Positions 46,457 to 56,291 of a DNA stretch of 64,000 nucleotides are shown here, in pieces; the stretch's first letter is position 1, and every line of letters begins with the position of its first letter. This DNA is from a virus: positions 1 to 64,000 of the IMG/VR virus record IMGVR_UViG_3300015263_000653. One strand, 5' to 3'. The notes beneath the pieces are model-generated. The model worked only from the letters and a program-made list of their open reading frames with translations, did not search any database and was not told the DNA's origin. A program made the translations under genes and the position numbers.

Positions 46457-47055
46457 TTTCCCTCCGCAGGTAATTGAGTTTGGCTCCGGTATTTCTCACC
46501 AAGAGCCACCAAAATTCCTGCGATGGCACCGCATAGATGGCCTTCCCAACTGATCGTCGGATCGCTGGGAATCATCCCGCTGACGAACGTGAAGGCGTTC
46601 AGGGAAAGCGTCATAAGAGCATAGAACAGAAGGGCTTCCTTATGATGGACGATGGCTCCCATGAGCATGTATGTCGTCAAGCCGTAGCAGAGAAGGCTGG
46701 CCCCGATATGGTCATGTGGGCGACCCATCAACCAGAGCAATGTTCCACCGAGAATGCAGATCTTGAAGATGACTTCCGGCATGTGGAACTCACCGTCGAA
46801 AGACAGGAACAGTGGGATGAGGACCAAGAAGATGCCGATGGAGTTGACGACGAGGTGGAGTAGATGGGCGTGCAAGAAGTGCATGGTGATGATTCCCAGC
46901 AAGCCGTCAAACTGTCTGGGGATTACGCCGTACTCTCTGAGATCGATTCCGAGCGGAATGAACATGACCGTTATGATGAAGACGGCCCACATGGCTTGGA
47001 CCAAACCCGCTGTTCTCAGCACTGCTACCAGAGCCCTCTTGGCTTTCTGTTTCAT
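46453..47055 (-). CDS. rhomboid family intramembrane serine protease
   Basis: FLHA..LHL..N; HIGAS; ISWEGHLCGAIAG. Confidence 0.9.
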   Translation of the reverse strand: MKQKAKRALVAVLRTAGLVQAMWAVFIITVMFIPLGIDLREYGVIPRQFDGLLGIITMHFLHAHLLHLVVNSIGIFLVLIPLFLSFDGEFHMPEVIFKICILGGTLLWLMGRPHDHIGASLLCYGLTTYMLMGAIVHHKEALLFYALMTLSLNAFTFVSGMIPSDPTISWEGHLCGAIAGILVALGEKYRSQTQLPAEGK

Positions 47056-47079
47056 CGTTCGCTTCCTTGCAAAAGTCAG

Positions 47080-47700
47080 TCAGTTGAAGTTCTCTCGAAG
47101 ATACTCAAGGCATTCTTGGGCGCACCGGCGAGTTGACGCAACGAGTTTTTCATCGTTGACATCGTGAATGGTGCCGTTGAGGTATTCACGATGTCGAATG
47201 GTTCCCAGCAGGTGTTGTGACGCATCATCCTCCCGTTGCTCCAAAGCATCTGTGAGATGGTGCAGACAGCCCATGACATGGTTTGCCCCGCAAGTCAAAT
47301 CATCCCGGCTGAGTTTGTCGGTGACTTCTTTGACGCCGAGAACGGTGATGTAAGCCAACAGGTGCTCGACCATGATTTGCCTTCCTCGTAGTTCTCGGTA
47401 TTCGAGAGGATTATCTTTGGCCCATTGTAGCATCAATTCACGCAACAGGGCCATCCGACTTTTGCCTTCGTCGGTTTCATTCCAACTTTTGCAACCTCCC
47501 ACACACCAGTCGGTATCGACTTGCGGGAGATCATCGTCGAACATTGCGTTTTGCAAGGCGTTCCGAGCTTCGGCCCCACCGAGGAGAGCGGCATTCAGCA
47601 TACAACACGGTCGGAGACAGTGAGTACACCGAATGACGCCCTTCTCGAAAGGAATCTTAAATGATCTCAGGGCCACGCCAGAACTCCAGCTTTTGGGCAT
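47080..47700 (-). CDS. hypothetical protein
   Basis: long ORF in operon; start uncertain. Confidence 0.7.
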   Translation of the reverse strand: MPKSWSSGVALRSFKIPFEKGVIRCTHCLRPCCMLNAALLGGAEARNALQNAMFDDDLPQVDTDWCVGGCKSWNETDEGKSRMALLRELMLQWAKDNPLEYRELRGRQIMVEHLLAYITVLGVKEVTDKLSRDDLTCGANHVMGCLHHLTDALEQREDDASQHLLGTIRHREYLNGTIHDVNDEKLVASTRRCAQECLEYLRENFN

Positions 47701-48163
47701 GATACTCGTATTCGGGTCGGTAGAAGTGGCCTTCCAGAACTGTTTCCCTCAGTTCCTTTGGGAACCATTCTTCTCCGTCCAACCAACTTTCCAAAGCGGC
47801 CTTGTGTCGTTCATGCCAAGCATCAACCACTTCTCCGTGGGCTTGATAGAGGGCATGGTTGTGATCTTCGATGGCCTTTCTTTCGGCCCGCATTTCATCT
47901 GTGATCTCTTCTTTGCGAAGACCAGACTTCCACACCACTCGTTCCTTGAGTCCCGAGCGATCCATCTCTGGCATGGGGTTTTGTTCTCGCCATGCTTCGT
48001 CGAAGGTGCGGGCGAGGCTAAGCCAAGTCCTGATGTTCTGGTCTTGTTCTTTGAGCGTGTTGATGACGCCCTGTGGATCGATGCCATCAGGCACGGCCCA
48101 GATAACCCAAGGATCAACCCAGTGTTCATCCGGGTCAGATCGTTTGATGATGTTGACAGACAT
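47657..48163 (-). CDS. hypothetical protein
   Basis: coupled operon. Confidence 0.75.
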   Translation of the reverse strand: MSVNIIKRSDPDEHWVDPWVIWAVPDGIDPQGVINTLKEQDQNIRTWLSLARTFDEAWREQNPMPEMDRSGLKERVVWKSGLRKEEITDEMRAERKAIEDHNHALYQAHGEVVDAWHERHKAALESWLDGEEWFPKELRETVLEGHFYRPEYEYHAQKLEFWRGPEII

Positions 48164-48303
48164 TAGTAGGCCCACAGCAGATAAGCGGAAACGATGAGAA
48201 CAACCGCCGCCCAGAACCACGGACTTTTCAGTGGTTCAAAGTAAGCCTTCACGGCCTCGACGACGGATTGTTTGAGGTAGTACCAGAAGTCACGGGGATT
48301 CAT
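48163..48303 (-). CDS. small membrane peptide
   Basis: coupled; C-terminal TM. Confidence 0.6.
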   Translation of the reverse strand: MNPRDFWYYLKQSVVEAVKAYFEPLKSPWFWAAVVLIVSAYLLWAY

Positions 48304-48743
48304 ACTTGCTCCGGGACATGGGGCTTGAAGGCTCCTTTTCGACGAGCCTTCCGTTCTCGTTCGATTCGCCAAGCCCCTTTCACCGGGCGTGAATCTTCGA
48401 CCTTGTGGGTATCGTAAACCACGCCGTCCTTGACACACATAACGTGTCCTTTCATCTGAAGGATGAACGTGCCATCGGGATGTTGTTCGCAGAACTCTTC
48501 AGCGGTCATCTGCCAATCAAACTCGTACCAGACGAATATGTGGCCGAAGACAACCTCTCTGGTGATGATCGAGAAGGGGAAGCGTCGATGGGAGTCCCGG
48601 CCACGTTCTCTGAGTTCATCGTAGGCGATGTCATAGTCAGTGCCGGTGGCAATGGCGAGTGCCCGGACTGTGCAGTCTTCTTTTTGTCTCGGGCGTCGGC
48701 TGAATCGTCTGCCGCCGTCGTTTTGTTCCCATTCGAAGCTCAT
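48300..48743 (-). CDS. hypothetical phage protein (peptidase C39-like Cys/His/Asp arrangement)
   Basis: DGGR…DCTVRALAIA…GH..CV.DG..YDT. Confidence 0.75.
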   Translation of the reverse strand: MSFEWEQNDGGRRFSRRPRQKEDCTVRALAIATGTDYDIAYDELRERGRDSHRRFPFSIITREVVFGHIFVWYEFDWQMTAEEFCEQHPDGTFILQMKGHVMCVKDGVVYDTHKVEDSRPVKGAWRIERERKARRKGAFKPHVPEQV

Positions 48744-49045
48744 TGTGCCTCCAGATCGAAAAGTGCGATTACCTCATTGAGTTGTGATTGGGTCATGATG
48801 TTGACCTTCTTGTTGGACCCCATGACCATCACGCCACGGGCCATACCATCCATCGCCATCTTCATCGGATCAAGGCTTTCTGAGATTGAAGCCAATCCGA
48901 CGTAGTGGGGACACTGAAAACTGATCAGGTCGATGCCGGGAAATTTTTCCTGAACATCCTTGACGATATTCGGCCATTCTTCTGTGAGAAATGGGTCGGC
49001 GGCATACACGCCATCGAGCGTCACAGTTTTACCGTTGAGTTTCAT
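48740..49045 (-). CDS. hypothetical protein
   Basis: coupled operon. Confidence 0.7.
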   Translation of the reverse strand: MKLNGKTVTLDGVYAADPFLTEEWPNIVKDVQEKFPGIDLISFQCPHYVGLASISESLDPMKMAMDGMARGVMVMGSNKKVNIMTQSQLNEVIALFDLEAQ

Positions 49046-49788
49046 CAAGTCACCCATTCGAGTTGTTGGTCTGTGAGTTGTCCGTTGCCATCGTCTTTGT
49101 ACGAATAGCAGCAGCAACTTCCATACTCTCCCGCCATTTTGTGCTTGCTGGGCAATTGATCACAGGTGTCGAACACCGCTGCGTCTTCTGTATCGCCGCC
49201 GCCTGCCCGAGAGTCATAGATGATGTAGACTCTCTTCTCCTTCTTGGCCTTCGGTCGCTTCGTCATGTACTTGACGGGCCGCTTGTTCTGGTAGCAGAAG
49301 ATCTCATATCGATCTCGCCCAAGTGCGTCGGCGTCTTCGTTCTCTTCACGAGGCACCCATCGAACGATGAGGTTTTTGCCTCGCTCCAACTCCATCTCTT
49401 CAAACAAGTCCCAGACTCGTTGTCGGAGTTTCTGGAGATGCTCAGCGTTACAGTTCCATTCCCGCTTGACTTGGCAGACGACAAGTTTCGAGTCGCCTGT
49501 GACGAGGAGTTGTCCTCGCCACCCCTGTTCTTTGAGCCAGCGGAGCGGGAAGCCGAGGGCACAGTATTCGGCGAAGTTGTTTGTGGCGAGTTTGCCACCG
49601 TCCGCCACGACTTGTGCGCCTTGGGCCAACCGCTTACCAGTGAGCTTGTCGTTGATGAGCCAACCGATACTGGCAACACCACCGGGGTTTTTTGGTTCGC
49701 AACTTCCATCGAAGGCAAGGTGCAGATCTTTGTGTTCGGTGATCTTGCCTTCCGTAAAGTCTTGGACGTTGATTTTGGCTTCAGCCAT
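49045..49788 (-). CDS. rnhA: ribonuclease HI (archaeal/Ty-like type)
   Basis: FDGSCEPKNPGG; TNNFAEY.AL; GDSKLV; WVPREENEDADAL. Confidence 0.92.
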   Translation of the reverse strand: MAEAKINVQDFTEGKITEHKDLHLAFDGSCEPKNPGGVASIGWLINDKLTGKRLAQGAQVVADGGKLATNNFAEYCALGFPLRWLKEQGWRGQLLVTGDSKLVVCQVKREWNCNAEHLQKLRQRVWDLFEEMELERGKNLIVRWVPREENEDADALGRDRYEIFCYQNKRPVKYMTKRPKAKKEKRVYIIYDSRAGGGDTEDAAVFDTCDQLPSKHKMAGEYGSCCCYSYKDDGNGQLTDQQLEWVT

Positions 49789-50001
49789 GAGTGAATTTCC
49801 TCCGCAGGTCATTGTATGGCTGTTTTTCTAGGCTGTAAAGCCAAATCAGCCCGATACAAATTTTGCGTTAGAAATTCCGGCTGATCCAGTAGAAGGCGAG
49901 TTGGAAGCAGCGGAAGATGAGTGCTCCGAGGAGCATCATCAGGAAGAAAGTGGCGAGTGTGATGTTGTGACCCATTTTGTTCATCGGTGTTTCTCCAAAA
50001 G

Positions 50002-50034
50002 AAAAAGCCCCAGAGCGACTTCGCTCCGGGGCTC
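50002..50034 (-). terminator. intrinsic terminator
   Basis: AGCCCCAGAGCGA-CT-TCGCTCCGGGGCT preceded by an A-tract. Confidence 0.65.
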
Positions 50035-50266
50035 ACTTACAGTTGACCCCCGTGAATCCAAACCCGAGTCATCTGGAGGGGTTCGAGTTCGACCCCAAAG
50101 ATTCGTTGGGCTGACCACGGGCACATGTGGCGATAGCCGATGCCGTCGCCGGGAACAACATATAGGTCTTCCTCTTCAGTCTGCCCTACACGTTTCAACT
50201 CTGGCTTGTATTGAGTAAGCATGTACAAGCCGCTGCGTTGGCGAGAGAGCCAACCGGGCGTGGGTC

Positions 50267-50551
50267 TTAGGTTGACGCCGCCCTGAGTGCCTTGAGTGCG
50301 TCCATGCGTTGGTCGAGACCGAGCATGGACATGCGGTTTCCCAGTCCACCCTCCATCGCCGTCACAACTCCCCACTCATTCATCTGACTGAGAAGATCGA
50401 TCATCCCAGATTCGATGGCGACGATTCCATCATAGCCGATGCCATGGTAGGTCAGGTCGTTGTCGAAGAACGGTTCCAGACCTTCTGGCTTTTGTTCTGC
50501 GACTTCCAACCGAATCCTCAACTCGAACTTCTTTCCTGTCATGTCCTTCAT
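50267..50551 (-). CDS. hypothetical protein
   Basis: GGAG SD. Confidence 0.7.
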   Translation of the reverse strand: MKDMTGKKFELRIRLEVAEQKPEGLEPFFDNDLTYHGIGYDGIVAIESGMIDLLSQMNEWGVVTAMEGGLGNRMSMLGLDQRMDALKALRAAST

Positions 50552-50767
50552 GTCTCAATTCTCCATTTGCTGAGACTTAGAAACGAAACACCACTGGCGA
50601 GAGTGTATGACTTCTGAGAAATCGTGAAAGGACTAGAAAAGAACTACAAAGGAACTAGAAGGAACTAGGCAAACCCCGCATCAGTGGTAGTTCTTCGTTG
50701 TTGAAACACGAGGAATACGCTAGTTCCCCACCCGTTGGTGGTAGTTCCTTTTTGTTTTGAAAAATTC

Positions 50768-51829
50768 TCAAACAACCCAGTGTGGATTTTGTAAGGTCCA
50801 GTTCACGATGAGTTCTAAGCTTTCTCGGAACGTCATGGGTTGTTTCCAACCGGCCTCTGCCATCTTGGTTCCATCAAGGGCATAGCGTCGGTCATAGCCG
50901 GGTCTGGCTGATTCGCTGGGGATCAAACGATACTTCAAATCCTTGCCCATGATCTCAGCGACCATCTTGGCGAGTTGCAAGTTGTTGAGTTCTGTGTCGC
51001 CGCAGATGTTGTATCGATCTGGTCGTGAGTCACCGGTTTCTCCTCTCTGGACGAGATCGAGGTAACGGGTCGGATTTCTTTTTGCCAGAAAGACGAGAGC
51101 GTCGGCCATGTTCTTAGCATGGAGATAGATGCGGCTGCCGATGGAATCTTCTGAGTCTCCATAGATCGGCATCTCTTCTCCCTTGGCGACCTTCTGGATG
51201 ATCTTTGGCAAGAACTTCTCTGGGTCTTGTCGTTCTCCGATGATGTTCATCGTATTGGTCAGCACGATAGGCAGGTTGTATGTACGCCAGTAGCTAATAG
51301 CCATAGCTTCTTGTGCTGCCTTCGATGCTGCATATGGGTTCGATGGCAGAATGACATCCCATTCTTTGTGGGCCGAGTCTGCCTTGGCTTCTCCATAAAC
51401 TTCGTCGGTGCTGATTTGCACGAAGAGTTCGAGCCCTTTGCACTTGCGGGCGAACTCCAACATGTTGATAGCGAGGTGCCAGTTGTTATGAAGGCAGGAG
51501 ACGGGATCGATGGTGGATCTCTCGACTGCACTTTCTGAGGCCATGTTGATGATGTAGTGAATCGGTTTTTCTCTGACGACTCCCCGATCATCGATCCATC
51601 GTTCGAAGATGAGGTTCTCCGTCTGTGGATCAATTGGCACAGAGAGATCGTGGATAATAGTCGTGACTCTTGGGTTGTCTTGAGTGACTTCTGCGACTCG
51701 TCGGATGGTTCCTTTGTGTCGGAACGAGTCAAGGCAGATCAGTTCCCAGTCAGTGTGTTCCAAGAAGTATTGGAGGCAGTGGTGGCCCACGAAGCCGCCA
51801 TGTCCGGTGAAAAGAACTCGTTTAGGCAT
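50768..51829 (-). CDS. rfbB: dTDP-glucose 4,6-dehydratase family (NAD-dependent epimerase/dehydratase)
   Basis: TGHGGFVG; ASES.V.RS; STDEVYG; PYAASK; RPGYDRRYALD. Confidence 0.92.
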   Translation of the reverse strand: MPKRVLFTGHGGFVGHHCLQYFLEHTDWELICLDSFRHKGTIRRVAEVTQDNPRVTTIIHDLSVPIDPQTENLIFERWIDDRGVVREKPIHYIINMASESAVERSTIDPVSCLHNNWHLAINMLEFARKCKGLELFVQISTDEVYGEAKADSAHKEWDVILPSNPYAASKAAQEAMAISYWRTYNLPIVLTNTMNIIGERQDPEKFLPKIIQKVAKGEEMPIYGDSEDSIGSRIYLHAKNMADALVFLAKRNPTRYLDLVQRGETGDSRPDRYNICGDTELNNLQLAKMVAEIMGKDLKYRLIPSESARPGYDRRYALDGTKMAEAGWKQPMTFRESLELIVNWTLQNPHWVV

Positions 51830-51864
51830 AGTTCCTCCAGAGATGAGTTTGATGTTTTAAGAGA

Positions 51865-52605
51865 GTGCGCCCGCTAGATAATCTCATGGGTCTGATCTGT
51901 TTTCATAGGTGTATCGAGAACTGGCGAGAGAAGTCTGATGTCTCTGTGATGAATGGCATTCTCACCCCAAGTGAACTGAAGATATACAAGGAATCAGCAG
52001 GTAATTGGAATCGTCGGTGTTCCATGAGCTTGTTTGAATTTCGCCATCGCATTCAAGAGATACATCTAAAAAGCATTCGAGTTTCTGGAATGAAAGAGGT
52101 CAGTGATTTCGAAGAACTCATGTCAACTGCTGCTGACGATGACATCATAATTCCGAGCGATGACGACGATTTCTACCACCCAGACATAGCTTCACATCTT
52201 AATGTTCCAGACAAGGGAGTTCTGGCGTGGAAGTTTCTGGGGGTGACATTCGGTTTCAGGACCATTCGCCCCACAACTCCAACCACAGATGGCTGCCTGA
52301 TATCCTGTGGTTACGCCATCAAGATGAAATGGCTCAGAGAGATCCGACCACAGAAGGCCCGTGAAATTTTGATGTGGCATTGGACGCCGCACAGGATGCG
52401 AGCGATCATGGACATTTACACTGGGGACTGTCTCAGCTTCTATAACTATCATCCAGCCACAACAAGCAGCTTAAGGTACGAGCGTTATCAGTTTAACCCA
52501 ACTGCCGTGTGGCCCAGATCTCGTCAGTTTTGGGTCTATCCATACATGCGAGATCTCTACCATGTTTATGAGGAAGCGGGTTTGTTTCGGATCAAGTTTA
52601 CTTGA
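51865..52605 (+). CDS. putative glycosyltransferase-like protein
   Basis: IIIPSDDDDFYHP DxD-type motif; divergent from rfbB. Confidence 0.55.
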   Translation: MRPLDNLMGLICFHRCIENWREKSDVSVMNGILTPSELKIYKESAGNWNRRCSMSLFEFRHRIQEIHLKSIRVSGMKEVSDFEELMSTAADDDIIIPSDDDDFYHPDIASHLNVPDKGVLAWKFLGVTFGFRTIRPTTPTTDGCLISCGYAIKMKWLREIRPQKAREILMWHWTPHRMRAIMDIYTGDCLSFYNYHPATTSSLRYERYQFNPTAVWPRSRQFWVYPYMRDLYHVYEEAGLFRIKFT

Positions 52606-52793
52606 GCGGAGCCACCTGTCTTAGATCCGCCAGACATCTGATTGTTCTTGATGACTCGATCTTCCATCGAGACCAGTGTGCGTCGGTAGTTGAAGGTGCC
52701 GCCCTTGATCTCTGGGTTTGCTATGAAGGTCACTTCTGCACAGGGGATTAGTTTTCTCATTCAGTAATTGAGTGTGGGACCATAAATAATCCC

Positions 52794-53018
52794 ATGGCTA
52801 GGCCCGTTCGAAGTTTCGCCAAAGCAATTGTGTGGCGAATAATTGCATCGCTAACAACCGTTTCATGTGTCTGGTTCTTTACGGGAAGTCTGGAGATGGG
52901 TGGTTTGGTAGGCGGTGCAGACTTCTTCATCAAGCTGTTTTTGTACTATGTCCACGAAAGGGTGTGGGCCAACATTGAATGGGGCAGAAGCTTCACCCAC
53001 CCCGAGAGAGAGAAATGA
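52794..53018 (+). CDS. DUF2061 small membrane protein
   Basis: RSFAKAIVWRII…K.FLYYVHERVW..I.WG. Confidence 0.88.
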   Translation: MARPVRSFAKAIVWRIIASLTTVSCVWFFTGSLEMGGLVGGADFFIKLFLYYVHERVWANIEWGRSFTHPEREK

Positions 53019-54034
53019 ATCAGCGAATCCTCCTTGCATTAGCAAATCTTATCGTATTCAACTTGGGCCTCTTTGTCTTAATGAGCAAAGAGAGAGATAC
53101 ACACAGTTTGCCTCCAGTTCACGAGGCACCAATCGTGGATGTGATACCGATCACTCCCGAGCCGCCGCCACCCAAGATCAACTACGACATTGCTGATCCA
53201 ATGCCTGCTTACTTAAATTATGAGCAGACAGTGGCTCAGCTAAAGAAGTGGCACGAGGAAGCTCCTGAGCTTACGGAGATTGGCACTTACGGCAAAAGCT
53301 CAGATGGCACAGACTTGTACTTCATCAAGGTCCGCAATGATCGTGCTGTTAAGTATTGGGGAGGCAAGCCGAAGGTTTTGATAACGGCCTGTATTCATGG
53401 AAACGAGCCACTGTCGGCCTCGACGGTAATGGGGTATATCGGAACGATTCTGGACAAGTACGGCGATGACGACAAGATCACAGAGCTTGTGGACACAAGG
53501 GACTTGTATTTCGTTCCAGTAGTTTCCCCTGACAGTTATCCGAACTCACGATACGTTGACGGAGTTGATCCCAATCGGGACTTCCCAACGGAGCGAAACC
53601 CGAACAAGGTATCTGTGCCGCCGATCAAAGCACTGCAAGACTTCTTCTTAAAGATCGAACCGAACGCCGTGATCTCGGGCCACACATGGGGACGAGTCTA
53701 TCTGACGCCGTGGGGCGACCAGACACGTCTTTGCCCGAACGACGACGACTATAAGCGAATCATCGGCAAGATGACAGAACTCAGCCAGTACCGAATGCAG
53801 CGGGCCTGCCAGATGTACAGCCGCCCGATTTATGGGACTGAGGTGGACTGGTACTATCGTCACGGGGCGTTCAGCATTGTGATGGAGTTTGGCACACATC
53901 AACGCATTCCATCAACATCAGATATCAAGACTGAATTTGACAGAACATTTGAGGCGGTTCTTCATTTCATTGAAGAGGCTCCGAAGGTCGAGGTCAAGTT
54001 CTTTGTAGAAGATGATTGGAGACAAGCAGCATGA
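53015..54034 (+). CDS. M14 family zinc carboxypeptidase, N-terminal membrane anchor
   Basis: IHGNE; GVDPNRDF; GHTWG; final E in VMEFG. Confidence 0.9.
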   Translation: MNQRILLALANLIVFNLGLFVLMSKERDTHSLPPVHEAPIVDVIPITPEPPPPKINYDIADPMPAYLNYEQTVAQLKKWHEEAPELTEIGTYGKSSDGTDLYFIKVRNDRAVKYWGGKPKVLITACIHGNEPLSASTVMGYIGTILDKYGDDDKITELVDTRDLYFVPVVSPDSYPNSRYVDGVDPNRDFPTERNPNKVSVPPIKALQDFFLKIEPNAVISGHTWGRVYLTPWGDQTRLCPNDDDYKRIIGKMTELSQYRMQRACQMYSRPIYGTEVDWYYRHGAFSIVMEFGTHQRIPSTSDIKTEFDRTFEAVLHFIEEAPKVEVKFFVEDDWRQAA

Positions 54035-54279
54035 ATTTCAAACAGTGGTTAGAACAAGACGAGATCACAAAAGCAAAGAAAAGCAGCAAGCTGAACCTTT
54101 CGAAGTATGACCCAGATCAATTGAAGATGGGTTATGAAGCCGAGAAGGAGCATGACGACGGCAGTGATGTGGATGTGGTGGACAAGAAGTCGGATCTGGT
54201 GAAGATCGCCGTGGCGCATCTGCGAGAAGATCCGAAGTATTACACGAAGCTCAAGAAAGTAGAAAAGCCCGGATCGTGA
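54031..54279 (+). CDS. DUF5661-like phage protein
   Basis: QLKMG..EKEH…KIA.AHL.EDPKYYTKLKK.E; MNFKQWLE N-terminus typical of large phages. Confidence 0.8.
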   Translation: MNFKQWLEQDEITKAKKSSKLNLSKYDPDQLKMGYEAEKEHDDGSDVDVVDKKSDLVKIAVAHLREDPKYYTKLKKVEKPGS

Positions 54280-54294
54280 GATCCGGGCTCTGGC

Positions 54295-54726
54295 TCATGG
54301 TGAGCTACCTTTGCCCTTGAATTTGGGGCGAAGAGCGTGTTTGCCAGCCAAATGAGTTTTGGATGGCACACAGGTTACGACAACTTTCTTGCCTTTGTCG
54401 ATGACTACGATGAATAGGATTTCGTCGTGGATGAGGAATTGAAACCTCTTATCGAAACCATATTTCTCATAGTACCAAGACATGAAACCGCTGTTGTTGA
54501 TATAACTGCGGTTCTCTTCAGACAAGCCTAATCGTCGTGCGATTTCGGTGTCAACTTGTTTTCCCTCCGTGCTTAGTGTGAACCTGATCTGCTCTCGAAG
54601 GTCATCGCATTCATCACAATTCTCTTTTCGGCAGGTTTGCAGGTGATGGAACTTTTTGTTGGTCCTCTGTAAGAACCGTTCTCTCAAGTGGTGCGTGAAG
54701 TAGTATTCACGCCGATTCTTCACCAT
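54295..54726 (-). CDS. hypothetical protein
   Basis: ORF convergent on a hairpin at 54266-54289. Confidence 0.75.
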   Translation of the reverse strand: MVKNRREYYFTHHLRERFLQRTNKKFHHLQTCRKENCDECDDLREQIRFTLSTEGKQVDTEIARRLGLSEENRSYINNSGFMSWYYEKYGFDKRFQFLIHDEILFIVVIDKGKKVVVTCVPSKTHLAGKHALRPKFKGKGSSP

Positions 54727-54744
54727 CCTTGGCGTCCTCTCAAG

Positions 54745-55974
54745 TTACGACGACTCTCCTCCTTCCTGCGGACTGTCCGCCTCTACTTTGAGTGTAGGAG
54801 CTTTCTTTTTCCTTCGTTTCTTCTTGGAGTCGTTGCCGAAGCCCATGTTTTGCATGGTCTTTTTCTCGGCACGTCGTTCCTCAAATTCTCCGAAGGCTCC
54901 TTCCAAATCCCATGTTCCATCGCCCAGAACGAAGTTCGTGACGAGGAAAGTGCGGATCGCCTCAAGTTCTGCGAAGGAGAAGTCGCCTGACCATTCAACG
55001 CAGTCATCCACACTGATGTTCTCTCGAATCTCAGTGGGCCAGATTTCGGAGATGAGTTTTCTCCGCAAGTCAGCATCAGGCTTGTCAAGCGTGATGCACT
55101 TGTCGATCCGTCCGGGTCGGGTAAAGGCTTTGTCGAGCCCATCCACCTTTTCGTTGGTCGTGAAGATGCGGACGAGGTGGCCTCCGTCCACAAGACCATC
55201 CATGGCCGTCAGCAGTGAGCAAGCCATCTTGCCATTGCCCTTGCTGCGATCCATGTACGAGATGTCGATGTCGTCAAAGAACGACACCGTGTATCGTTGG
55301 AAGAGATCATTCAGTTCTTTGTCGGCGTAAGCCTGATCGATGTCGGCACTGGTGATGATTCCCCAGCGGAATCCATTTTGAGAGCAGAGCTTTTGGATGT
55401 GGCGACACACCATTGTTTTGCCGTTGCCGGGGAGGCCATCCAGAATGATGCCTCGCTTGATTTTGACACCATATTTCTCGATGTCTTTCGATCTCAGCAA
55501 AAAGCCGATGGTGTTCTGGACGATCTCATCGAGGAGACCTTCTCTGAGGATTGGGATTTCTGTGATTTGCCCAGCCAATCGGTTTAGCCGGGTCGCCATG
55601 CGTCTGAGGCGGTAGAGTTTGCCTTTGGGGATGATGAGATAAGTTTCATCCCACATGTTGCCTCGGGCGGTGAAGGTGCAGTATTGGAGTTCTGCATCGA
55701 GGCGGCATTGATGGACGTAAATGCCATAGCCGACAGCACCGGGGACTTGCAGACGCCGCTTCTGGATGTGCGGCATCCCTTCCAGCGGACCTTCGCAGGC
55801 GACGACTGGATCACGGTGTTTGGTCGTCATGTATTCCCGAGGGAACCAGTCGTAATCCAAAATTTGGAGTTCGTTGGCTTCAACTCCAAGAAGCTGAGCC
55901 ATGCGGGGCAGACGACGCTTAAGTTCTGCGAAGACGGGTTGTGTGGTTTCTGAAGAAACGATTTGGACATCCAT
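54745..55974 (-). CDS. AAA+ ATPase
   Basis: Walker A GLPGNGKT; Walker B FFDDID; TTN…LDKAFTRPGRID second region of homology. Confidence 0.92.
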   Translation of the reverse strand: MDVQIVSSETTQPVFAELKRRLPRMAQLLGVEANELQILDYDWFPREYMTTKHRDPVVACEGPLEGMPHIQKRRLQVPGAVGYGIYVHQCRLDAELQYCTFTARGNMWDETYLIIPKGKLYRLRRMATRLNRLAGQITEIPILREGLLDEIVQNTIGFLLRSKDIEKYGVKIKRGIILDGLPGNGKTMVCRHIQKLCSQNGFRWGIITSADIDQAYADKELNDLFQRYTVSFFDDIDISYMDRSKGNGKMACSLLTAMDGLVDGGHLVRIFTTNEKVDGLDKAFTRPGRIDKCITLDKPDADLRRKLISEIWPTEIRENISVDDCVEWSGDFSFAELEAIRTFLVTNFVLGDGTWDLEGAFGEFEERRAEKKTMQNMGFGNDSKKKRRKKKAPTLKVEADSPQEGGESS

Positions 55975-56050
55975 GTCTGACTTCCTTGTACTGGGACACT
56001 TCCTTGTGTTCGAAAATCATACCTTCAGAAACCACATGATGCAACCCTTC

Positions 56051-56257
56051 TTAGGTTTTCTTTTCCACGCTGGCCTTGGCATCTTCAAGAATCTTCAGGG
56101 TTCCATCTGTGTTGATGGACGTGAACATTCGAAAGTCGTCATGGCATTGACCGGGAACACGATGTTCGTCGGGCGACCAGATGATCATACCGACAAAGGT
56201 TGTGCGTTTGCTGAGTTCTTCAATCAACTCTTGCGTGGATGCAAGCTCAAGCTCCAT
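56051..56257 (-). CDS. hypothetical protein
   Basis: GGAGG SD; LELASTQELIEEL.KR motif. Confidence 0.7.
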   Translation of the reverse strand: MELELASTQELIEELSKRTTFVGMIIWSPDEHRVPGQCHDDFRMFTSINTDGTLKILEDAKASVEKKT

Positions 56258-56291
56258 GTTTGCCTCCGTTTTGCAAGAGGCTGGCTGCCCC

